Virus record (IMG/VR): IMGVR_UViG_3300017978_000368
Location: 704-64,703 of that record
Direction: 5' to 3' (one strand)
Length of the DNA stretch: 64,000 nt
Source of the DNA: a virus
Part shown: one piece after another, positions 16,725 to 25,191 of the stretch
Layout of the letters: every line of letters begins with the position of its first letter
Numbering within the stretch: the first letter of the stretch is position 1
The notes under the pieces: generated by a model
The model's database searches: none
The model's input: the letters and a program-made list of their open reading frames with translations, nothing else
What the model was told of the DNA's origin: nothing
Translations under genes and position numbers: made by a program

Positions 16725-18668
16725 GTGCCATTGCAAAAACTCCAGCTACGCCCCGGCGTCAACCGAGAATCGACATCCTTGGCCAATGAAGGCACTTGGT
16801 TCGAGATGGACAAGGTGCGTTTTCGCTCGGGCTACCCCGAGAAACTGGGCGGCTGGACGCTGGACACAGGCACATCTGAAGCCACACTGCAACCGCCTGC
16901 AGGCGCGTTTTGGGGCGTCTGCCGCTCACTGAACAACTGGATCACTTTGGCCGGTTTCAACCTGCTGGGGATTGGCACCAACCTGAAGTTCTACATCCAG
17001 CAGACAACAGGCGGCGATCTTTTTGACATTACCCCCATTCGTGACACAAACACCGTAGCGTCCAACGCTTTCACAACCACCAACGGCTCGACCACGGTGG
17101 TCATCAACGACGTAGGTTTCAACGGTATCACGGGCGACTTTGTGACAATCTCCGGTGTCGGCGGCGCAATCAACGGCATCCCTGCCGCTGCGCTGAACCA
17201 AGAGTTCCGCATCACATACCTTACGTCGAACACGTACAGCATCACTGTCTCATCCCCGGCAACGTCGTCTGGCACAACAGGCGCTGCAACCTTTACCTAC
17301 CAGCTCTCTGTTGGCGGCGAGATATACACCGTCGGTGTGGGCTGGGGTGCTGGCGGCTGGGGCGGCGATTCTGGCGGCACGCTTACTGGATGGGGTGACC
17401 CTGCGCCAGCAGGTATTGGTGTTGGCGAACAAATGCGTTTGTGGAGTCAGGCCAACTACGGCCAAGACTTGCTCATCAACCCTCGCGGCGGTGCGCTGTA
17501 TCTTTGGAAGGTGAACATCAGCCCCACCGTTTATGACCGTGCGGTGCTTTTGAGCTCCGGCAGCCCTTCGCCTTACACCACGGACACCTCATGCCCTTCA
17601 GTGTGCAACGCGGTGACTGTCTCCGACGCTTCGCGCTTTGTGATTGCGTTTGGTTGCAACGACTACGGCGAGACGGCCATTGACCCACTTTTGGTGCGCT
17701 GGTCAGATCAAGAAGACTACACCGTCTGGGCACCTGCAGCAACCAACCAAGCGGGCAGCTACCGCTTGAGCACGGGCTCATCTATTGTGGCGCACCTGCA
17801 GACACGTCAGGAAATCTTGGTGTGGACAGACGCCGCGCTGTACTCCATGCAGTACCTCGGCCCACCGTACGTCTGGGGCTTCCAGATTCTGGGATCGAAC
17901 CTTTCCATCGCTGGGCCGAACGCCGTGGCCACGGCGGCAAACGTCACGTACTGGATGGGGCTGGACAAGTTCTACATGTACTCCGGCCGTGTGGAGACGC
18001 TCTACTGCCCGCTGCGCCAGTACATCTTTGGCGACATCAACCTGCAGCAGCAGTACCAGTTCTTTGCCAGCACCAATGAGGGCTTCAACGAAATCTGGTG
18101 GTTCTACTGCTCGGCCAACTCCACGGCAATCGACCGCTACGTGGTGTACAACCACTTGGAGAAAATCTGGTCCTACGGCAACTTGGCCCGCACGGCTTGG
18201 GTGGACTCGCCCTTGCGCGATTACCCGACCGCTGCCGGTTACGACGGCCAGATCATCTATCACGAAGACGGCGTGGATGACGGCACGACCAACCCACCAA
18301 GCCCGATCGAGTCGTACGTACAGTCCGCTGACTTCAACATTGGGGACGGCCACAACTACGGCTTTGTCTGGCGCATGATCCCGGACATCACGTTCGACGG
18401 CTCCACGGTCAACAACCCGGCGGTGACCATCACGATGCGCCCACGGCAGAACCCCGGCGCGAACTACGGCGCGGCTCCTTCTCCAGAGGTCGTCAGCGCC
18501 CAGAACTATCAGGGCCAGCGCAACTACGTGGTGCAGCAGTTCACCGAGATTGTGTACACCCGGGTTCGCGGTCGCCAGATGGCGTTTAGGATTGGTTCCG
18601 ATGGGCTTGGCGTGCAGTGGCAGTTGGGCGTTCCTTCGATTGATGTCCGCCCGGATGGTCGTCGATGA
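16725..18668 (+). CDS. Tail nozzle/hub protein (P22 gp10-like)
   Basis: MPLQKLQLRPG...VRFRSGYPEKLGGW; beta-propeller-like repeats; LVRWSDQED. Confidence 0.75.
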   Translation: MPLQKLQLRPGVNRESTSLANEGTWFEMDKVRFRSGYPEKLGGWTLDTGTSEATLQPPAGAFWGVCRSLNNWITLAGFNLLGIGTNLKFYIQQTTGGDLFDITPIRDTNTVASNAFTTTNGSTTVVINDVGFNGITGDFVTISGVGGAINGIPAAALNQEFRITYLTSNTYSITVSSPATSSGTTGAATFTYQLSVGGEIYTVGVGWGAGGWGGDSGGTLTGWGDPAPAGIGVGEQMRLWSQANYGQDLLINPRGGALYLWKVNISPTVYDRAVLLSSGSPSPYTTDTSCPSVCNAVTVSDASRFVIAFGCNDYGETAIDPLLVRWSDQEDYTVWAPAATNQAGSYRLSTGSSIVAHLQTRQEILVWTDAALYSMQYLGPPYVWGFQILGSNLSIAGPNAVATAANVTYWMGLDKFYMYSGRVETLYCPLRQYIFGDINLQQQYQFFASTNEGFNEIWWFYCSANSTAIDRYVVYNHLEKIWSYGNLARTAWVDSPLRDYPTAAGYDGQIIYHEDGVDDGTTNPPSPIESYVQSADFNIGDGHNYGFVWRMIPDITFDGSTVNNPAVTITMRPRQNPGANYGAAPSPEVVSAQNYQGQRNYVVQQFTEIVYTRVRGRQMAFRIGSDGLGVQWQLGVPSIDVRPDGRR

Positions 18669-19309
18669 CCCGCCTCAACACTACCCGCCCGCCGTTCCTG
18701 CCAGTTGCGCCGCAGGATTACGAGCCGCGCTTCCACAACCAGCACAGCGATGTGCTGCGCCTGTACTTCAACCAACTGGACAACACGCTGGCCTCGGCCT
18801 TTGGCGTGAACGGCGGTGTGTACCTGCAAAACCCTCACGCCATGCTGATGAGCAGTCAGGATCAGGCCAACGCGGGGATTACGGTCGCCAACCAGTTGAG
18901 CTTCAACCAGCCCGTTATTCAGCAGGGCATCGAGGTACGCAACACCAACGAGATTTGGTTTGAGCAGGCTGGGCAGTACCTTGTCACATTTACCCTGCAG
19001 GTCTCCAACCGGGGGAACGCTTCGCAGGTGTTTGAGGTTTGGGCCGGGTATGACGGCACCAACTATCCGCTGTCCAACACACGGTTTGACATCCCGGCAC
19101 GCAAAAGTCTGTCTGAGTGGTCGCACATTGTCCCGGCCATTACGGGTATCTTCACAGTCACCAACCCTGACACCGAGTACCTCACCATCAAATGGTGGGC
19201 CAGCAGCACGGACGTGTTCTTGGAGCACTACGCCGCAGGCACCAGCCCGACTCGACCAGAAATACCGTCCGTCATCATGACGGTCAACTTTGTTTCACGC
19301 TTGCCGTAA
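18665..19309 (+). CDS. Tail protein
   Basis: LPVAPQDY...VLRLYFNQLD motif; follows nozzle gene. Confidence 0.6.
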   Translation: MTRLNTTRPPFLPVAPQDYEPRFHNQHSDVLRLYFNQLDNTLASAFGVNGGVYLQNPHAMLMSSQDQANAGITVANQLSFNQPVIQQGIEVRNTNEIWFEQAGQYLVTFTLQVSNRGNASQVFEVWAGYDGTNYPLSNTRFDIPARKSLSEWSHIVPAITGIFTVTNPDTEYLTIKWWASSTDVFLEHYAAGTSPTRPEIPSVIMTVNFVSRLP

Positions 19310-19366
19310 TTGCTCTGGGAAGCCCTACATGATAGACTCAACCAACCCCCTTTCCGAGAGGCGCAC

Positions 19367-21202
19367 ATGAGCCTGCAACTTGCCGCACAACACATGGCCT
19401 CGCGTGGCCGTGGCCCCGATACGCAACTGGTCCACATGGCCCCACAAGAAGTGGCGGGCCTGCACGCGCTTGCCAAAGCCCATGGCGGCTCCCTGACCGT
19501 CAACCCTGATACGGGTTTACCCGAAGCCGGTTTCCTGTCGAGCATTTTGCCAATGGTGATTGGTGCCGGTATTACCGCCGCCACAGGCGGTGCGGCAGCC
19601 CCTTGGATGATCGGTCTTGGCGTTGGTGGCGCACAAACGCTGGCCACAGGCAGCTTGCAAAAAGGCTTGATGGCAGGTCTGGGCGCGTACGGCGGCGCTG
19701 GTTTGGCTGGCGGTTTGATGAGTGCAGGCGCAAGTGCAGCGGCTAACCCGCTTGCAGGAATGGAAGCAGCCGCTTTGGAGAACCCTGCAGTGTCAGGTTT
19801 TCAGGCTGCAAACGCTGCGCCCGCCGCAGCCGCCTCTCCCGGCTACAACGTCATGACCGGAGGTTTCAGCGGTGTGGACCCCATGGGTCTCAACCCCGCT
19901 ATGGCGCAAGCCGCACCTGTCGCAGGACCCCCTACCGCACAGCTTGCCGCTGGTGCTCCGCAAGTATCTACCGCAACGCCCATGGCGGACAAGTTTTCGC
20001 AACTGGGCCAAGGGTTCAAGAGCTTGGGCACCGAAGCAGGCCGCGAAGCGTTCATGGGCAATGCCGCATCCAAGGGTGTGGAAGCCACAGGCGTTGGCGG
20101 AGCGTCAGGCCTGATGAAATACGGTTATGCCTCTGCGATGCCTCTGCTGATGCAGGGCCCAGAAGCCGCAGGTTCAAAACCCAAAGAGGAGCCGTACCGC
20201 TACACGTACGACCCCGGTCGAGTGAGTGACCCACAGGCAGGCTACTCTGGCGCACCCACTGGTGAGCGCACGTACTTCAACCCCGTCTACACCCGCACCG
20301 CAGCGGGTGGTGGTCTCATGGGCATTGGCCCAGTGCAAGCCATGTCAGACCGTAACGAGGCGCAAACCCTGATGGCCAACGGCGGTCAGATGTTTAATGA
20401 AGGCGGCGAGACCAAAGCCGTCAAACCCGTCGAGCAGGACCCGTACTACACCATGTCCGGCCAGTCCGGCGACGCGTTCAAGTACCTGATGGGCCAAGCG
20501 CCTACTCGCGCAGCACCTGCTGCACCCATGCCCGCACCTACCCCCGTGCAGGCTGCCGTGCCTCCTGCTGCCGCACAACCTGCGAGCGGCATGGCTGGGT
20601 TGATGTCTGCGATGCGGGGCTCCGGCTCTGGCGCAACAATGCGCCCATACACGTTTGACCCCGTAACAGGCGCATTCACAGCGCTGCCTGTCGTGAACGC
20701 CCCAGCGGCTAACGTGGGTGCCACCGCAACGAACGTGCCGTACGACTACGGCTACGGTGGCGACTCCGGCAGCGTAGGCGGTGGTGGTGGTGGTGGTGGT
20801 GGTGGTGGTGGTGGTGAAGGTGGTGGCATGAGCAACTCCGGCGAAGGCGGCGGAGCTCCGGGTGAAGGTGGCTGGGCCCAAGGCGGCATCGCCGCGCTGG
20901 CACAAGGTGGCCAGAGCCATTTGGGCGATTACTCGGACGGCGGCAGACTCCTGCGCGGCCCCGGTGACGGCGTCTCAGACAGCATCCCCGCTTCGATTGG
21001 CGAGAAGCGCCCAGCCCGTTTGGCTGACGGCGAGTTCGTGGTTCCAGCCCGCATCGTGTCTGAGTTGGGCAACGGCTCGACCGAGGCAGGTGCACGCAAG
21101 CTGTACGCCATGATGGACCGTGTGCAGAGCGCCCGCAAGAAATCCATCGGTAAAGACCGTGTGGCCGTCAACAGCCGCGCTGAGAAGTTGCTGCCTGCGT
21201 AA
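19367..21202 (+). CDS. Internal virion/ejection protein
   Basis: RGRGPDTQLVHM...VNPDTGLPEA N-terminus; Gly/Ala-rich TM-like stretches; C-terminal GPGDGVSDSIPA...DGEFVVPA domain. Confidence 0.75.
   Translation: MSLQLAAQHMASRGRGPDTQLVHMAPQEVAGLHALAKAHGGSLTVNPDTGLPEAGFLSSILPMVIGAGITAATGGAAAPWMIGLGVGGAQTLATGSLQKGLMAGLGAYGGAGLAGGLMSAGASAAANPLAGMEAAALENPAVSGFQAANAAPAAAASPGYNVMTGGFSGVDPMGLNPAMAQAAPVAGPPTAQLAAGAPQVSTATPMADKFSQLGQGFKSLGTEAGREAFMGNAASKGVEATGVGGASGLMKYGYASAMPLLMQGPEAAGSKPKEEPYRYTYDPGRVSDPQAGYSGAPTGERTYFNPVYTRTAAGGGLMGIGPVQAMSDRNEAQTLMANGGQMFNEGGETKAVKPVEQDPYYTMSGQSGDAFKYLMGQAPTRAAPAAPMPAPTPVQAAVPPAAAQPASGMAGLMSAMRGSGSGATMRPYTFDPVTGAFTALPVVNAPAANVGATATNVPYDYGYGGDSGSVGGGGGGGGGGGGGEGGGMSNSGEGGGAPGEGGWAQGGIAALAQGGQSHLGDYSDGGRLLRGPGDGVSDSIPASIGEKRPARLADGEFVVPARIVSELGNGSTEAGARKLYAMMDRVQSARKKSIGKDRVAVNSRAEKLLPA
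20780..20815 (+). repeat. (GGT)12 microsatellite encoding poly-Gly
   Basis: Direct reading: 12 perfect GGT units. Confidence 0.95.
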
Positions 21203-21630
21203 TGGACATTTCGCTGGTCCCTGTCGGTCAGATTGCCACGACGATACCCGCCGTGTTGACCTACCTGAAAGAGTCTGAACTCTGGACTCGGGGGCGTGCG
21301 AGCGCTGATGACATCCTGCGTTTTGTCCTCAACGGGCAAATGCAGCTTTGGGTTGTGCATGATTCGGGAACCGCCATGGGGCACATCATCACCGAGATCA
21401 AGCAGTACCCACGTTGCAAGATGTTCACGATCCAGTATTGCGCCATGGTGCCGGGCACAATGGAGGCGGTGGAAGATAAGATGCAGGAATTGGCCGAAGA
21501 TGCGGCCCGCAGCGCTGGCTGCGCAGGGATTGAATTCGTAGGACGCCCGGGGTGGCGTCAAACCGCCCGTAAGTACGGGTACGAGGTGCAGAGTGTGATG
21601 TACCAGAAATTTTTTGAGGTGAAGAAATGA
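21202..21630 (+). CDS. GNAT-like acetyltransferase-fold protein in the ejection module
   Basis: LWVV...IEFVGRPGW...YGY pattern; position like P22 gp14. Confidence 0.55.
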   Translation: MDISLVPVGQIATTIPAVLTYLKESELWTRGRASADDILRFVLNGQMQLWVVHDSGTAMGHIITEIKQYPRCKMFTIQYCAMVPGTMEAVEDKMQELAEDAARSAGCAGIEFVGRPGWRQTARKYGYEVQSVMYQKFFEVKK

Positions 21631-23633
21631 GCTACTCCCGCCGAGAACTTTACGCCTTTGGCGAGCCTTTGGGTGATAGCGCTACTCGCAAAGTAGCGGG
21701 CCGTACTGTTTACGGCGACGGCGGTGGCGGCGGTGGCGGCCCATCCAGCACAACCCAGACGCAAGACCTGCCTGACTGGGCCAAACCCTACGCGCAAGAA
21801 GTTTTGGGCAAGGGTGCAGCGCTGTCTGAGTCCCCGTACCAAGCGTACGGCGGTGAGCGGCAGGCACAGTTCACCCCACTGCAGCAGAAAGCGTTTGCAG
21901 GCGCGGGGTCAATGCAGCCGTCGGCAACTACCGGGCTGGGCGCATCCACAGCCGCTCTGGCATCTGACCGCGCCCTCAACACAGGGTATCAAACAGGCCA
22001 GTTCCAGAATCAGTTTCAGGCACCGGGCGACTACGGCCCTTCACAGTTCCAGAACGCTTTTCAAGCCCCGGGCCAGTACGCTGCCGGGCAGTTTGGTGAC
22101 ACATACACAGCGCCTGACGCGTACCAAGCGGGCCAATTCCAAAACCGCTTCCAAGGTCCTGACTCTTACCAAGCCGGGCAGTTTGGCGCTGAGCGTGTGA
22201 GCGGCCCGCAGCTTGATCGGTTCCAGATGGGCCCAGCGCAAGAAGTCTCTGCGCAGCAGCTCAACCAGTACCGTATGGGCCCCGCAGAGCGTGTTCGCAC
22301 GCAGTCGTTTGCCCAGCCCGGTGCGGCCGAAGCCTACATGTCGCCGTACATGCAGAGCGTTGTTGGTATTCAGCAACGTGAAGCGCAGCGAGCTTCTGAG
22401 ATGCAGCGCAACCAGAACCAAGCACAGGCCGTCGCGTCTGGTGCGTTTGGCGGCTCTCGTCAGGCCATCGTTGAAGCTGAGCGCCAGCGCAATCTGGGCA
22501 CCCAGCTGGGCGACATTCAGGCCACCGGTTCGCAGGCGGCATACCAGCAGGCGCAGCAGCAGTTCAACGCTGAGCAAGCCGCACGTCTGCAAGCGCAGCA
22601 ATCCAACCAGCAAGCCGGGCTCACTGTGGGCCAGCAAAACCTCGCATCGCAGCTTGGCGTGCAGCAGTTGGGTGCACAGACTGGCCTCCAAGCCGCGTTG
22701 GCAAACCAACAGGCCGGTCTGACAACCGGCCAACAAAACCTGCAGGCAGCACTACAAACCCAGCAACTGGGCGCACAAACCGGGCTGCAGGCAGCGCTGG
22801 CCAACCAACAACAATCTATGCAGGCGCAGCAGCTTGCGGAGCAGTCGCGTCAGTTCGGCGCAGGTCAAGGTCTGTCCGCTGCCCAGTTGCAAGCGCAGTA
22901 CGGGTTGTCGGCCGATCAGGCCCAAGAGGCTTCACGCCAGTTCGCTTCTACCCAAGCCGCACAGACCGCTGCACAGCAGTCACAGGCAAAACAGGCGGCG
23001 CAGCAGGCGTTCGAGCAGTCACGTCAGTTCGGCGCTGGCCAAGGCATGACAGCCGCGCAGCTCCAAGCCCAGTACGGCATGTCCGCACAGCAAGCCCAAG
23101 AAGCCGCGAACCAGTTTGCTGCACAGCAAAAAATGACCGGCGCTCAAACAGCCGCGCAATATGGCCAGTCTGCACAACAGCTTGGGGAACAGTCACGTCA
23201 GTACGGTGCGGGGCTTGGTTTGCAAGGACTTCAGACGGCACTCACAGGCGCGGGTCAGTTGGGCGCACTCGGCAGCCAGCAGTTCGGGCAGGCCATGGAC
23301 GTCAACAAGCTGCAAGCAGGTTACGGCACCCAGCAGCAACAGCAGGTGCAGAACGTACTCAACCAGCAGTACGAAGATTTCTTGGCCCAGAAAAAGTTTC
23401 CATACCAGCAGCTGGAGTTCCAATCCAACCTGCTGCGCGGCACGCCGTCCGGTGCAGTGCAAACCATGTACGCGCCCGGCCCGAGCATGGCGTCACAGGT
23501 TGCAGGTCTTGGTACCGCCGCGCTGGGCGCAAGCCAGTTGATGCGAGCCAAAGGCGGCACCGTCAGCTCTGAGACCAAGGGCAAGAAGAAAAAATCGGCA
23601 GGCTTGGCTGAGCTGGCCCTGTCCAAAATCTGA
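21627..23633 (+). CDS. Gln-rich ejection protein
   Basis: Leader then poly-Gly; LPDWAKPY; YMSPYMQSV; FGGSRQAI; hierarchical Q-rich repeats. Confidence 0.75.
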   Translation: MSYSRRELYAFGEPLGDSATRKVAGRTVYGDGGGGGGGPSSTTQTQDLPDWAKPYAQEVLGKGAALSESPYQAYGGERQAQFTPLQQKAFAGAGSMQPSATTGLGASTAALASDRALNTGYQTGQFQNQFQAPGDYGPSQFQNAFQAPGQYAAGQFGDTYTAPDAYQAGQFQNRFQGPDSYQAGQFGAERVSGPQLDRFQMGPAQEVSAQQLNQYRMGPAERVRTQSFAQPGAAEAYMSPYMQSVVGIQQREAQRASEMQRNQNQAQAVASGAFGGSRQAIVEAERQRNLGTQLGDIQATGSQAAYQQAQQQFNAEQAARLQAQQSNQQAGLTVGQQNLASQLGVQQLGAQTGLQAALANQQAGLTTGQQNLQAALQTQQLGAQTGLQAALANQQQSMQAQQLAEQSRQFGAGQGLSAAQLQAQYGLSADQAQEASRQFASTQAAQTAAQQSQAKQAAQQAFEQSRQFGAGQGMTAAQLQAQYGMSAQQAQEAANQFAAQQKMTGAQTAAQYGQSAQQLGEQSRQYGAGLGLQGLQTALTGAGQLGALGSQQFGQAMDVNKLQAGYGTQQQQQVQNVLNQQYEDFLAQKKFPYQQLEFQSNLLRGTPSGAVQTMYAPGPSMASQVAGLGTAALGASQLMRAKGGTVSSETKGKKKKSAGLAELALSKI

Positions 23634-23641
23634 GGTACGCC

Positions 23642-25174
23642 ATGATTGATGTCAACAAGATCACGTCCACGCTGGCCAAGTTGCCAGACGCTCAGTTGCA
23701 GCAGTACGCGCAGATGCACAAGAGCGACCCCTACATCATGGCGCTGGCCATGTCCGAGTCCAACCGCCGCAAAGAGATGCGCTCTGCCGGACAGGGTGCG
23801 CAAGGCGTGCAAGAGCAGCCCAAGGTGGTCGACCAAGCGGTGGCCGAGATGGCTCCACAACAACTCCCAGAAGAGATGGGTATTGGCCAGCTGCCTGCAG
23901 GCGACATGAACTTTGCCGACGGCGGCATCGTAGCGTTCGCTGGCGGTGGGGATGTTGAGCGGTATCAGTACGGCGGGATGCCTAAACCCACAAGCATGAT
24001 GGGTGACATCCCCGGCTTTGTTGCAGGCACAGGCAACATCATTCCGCAGCAAGGTGCACCAGAAGAAGTGCCTCTTTTGCGCAGACTGTTCCGCGAAGCC
24101 CGAGCTACGGGCGCAAACTATCAAGTTGAGCAAGCCAAAGCACGTATTGCCGCAGGCGTGGGTACTTCTGCCGATGAAGCGATTCTGGCTGCCGCAAGTG
24201 GCACACAAAACGCGGGGCCGTCACCACAGGACTTGGCCCAGTTTGATGCAGCGTCAAACCTGTACATGACCGAGCGTGCGAACAAGCAAGCTGCAGCCGC
24301 TGCCCCTAAAGTTGACAAAGGCACTACCGGGAAAAAAGCACCTGCACCGGCACCTGCAGCCGAGACCAAACCTGCCGCGCCAACCACGGGCTTCCGCGAG
24401 CGGTATCTCAAAGACCTTGAAGGCATGGGCCCTGAGAAGGCCAAGACGCTGGACGAAATCCGAGCCGAGCGTGCGGCACTCATGCCGCAAGAGAAGGCGT
24501 ACGCCGGGCTTGAAGCTGCGCTGAACAAAGAATCCGAAGGCGCTGCTGGCGAGAAGAAAGACGCCCTGTGGATGGCCGTGACCCAAGCTGGTCTGGCTGC
24601 TGCCGCTGGCGCGTCGCCGTACGCTCTGAAGAACATTGCCGAGGGCTTTGGTACAGGCTTGGCCGGGTACAAGGAGTCCTTGAAAGAGTTCAAGAAGGCC
24701 GACAAAGAGCGCCAGAAGGCCATGGCCGACATCGAGCAAGCCCGCCGTGCCGAGGCGCGTGGCGATGTGGACACTGCTTTGTCTCTGCGCGAGAAGAGCC
24801 AAGACCGCATGGACAAGTTCAACGACCGCAAAGCTGCAGGTTTGGCCGCCATTACTGGCAGCGAGATCAGCGCCGCCGCGTCCAAATACTCTGCCGACAC
24901 CAGCGCAGCGGCAACTCGTGAAGCCGCTAAGCGAACACCGGCCGAGTTGCAGTTGATCGAGCGCTACGGTAGCGACCCCAAGTTTGCTGCTGCGTACGAC
25001 AAGTTTGCACAAGCCAAGCGCGACCCTCAGACCGCTGAGACGTTGATGAAGGCGTGGTCCGGCAACGTGCTGCTGCAACAGCAGTACCCAAACCCGCAGG
25101 ACTACATTAAAATGATGTCCGGCTCCAGCTCCGGCGCTGGCGAATTCAAAGTACTAGGGGTGCGAAACCCCTAA
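23642..25174 (+). CDS. Ejection protein (helical, Ala/Lys/Glu-rich)
   Basis: FADGGIVAFAGGG; GLAAAAGASPYALKNIAEG; synteny. Confidence 0.7.
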   Translation: MIDVNKITSTLAKLPDAQLQQYAQMHKSDPYIMALAMSESNRRKEMRSAGQGAQGVQEQPKVVDQAVAEMAPQQLPEEMGIGQLPAGDMNFADGGIVAFAGGGDVERYQYGGMPKPTSMMGDIPGFVAGTGNIIPQQGAPEEVPLLRRLFREARATGANYQVEQAKARIAAGVGTSADEAILAAASGTQNAGPSPQDLAQFDAASNLYMTERANKQAAAAAPKVDKGTTGKKAPAPAPAAETKPAAPTTGFRERYLKDLEGMGPEKAKTLDEIRAERAALMPQEKAYAGLEAALNKESEGAAGEKKDALWMAVTQAGLAAAAGASPYALKNIAEGFGTGLAGYKESLKEFKKADKERQKAMADIEQARRAEARGDVDTALSLREKSQDRMDKFNDRKAAGLAAITGSEISAAASKYSADTSAAATREAAKRTPAELQLIERYGSDPKFAAAYDKFAQAKRDPQTAETLMKAWSGNVLLQQQYPNPQDYIKMMSGSSSGAGEFKVLGVRNP

Positions 25175-25191
25175 CAATTAGGAAACAGGCT

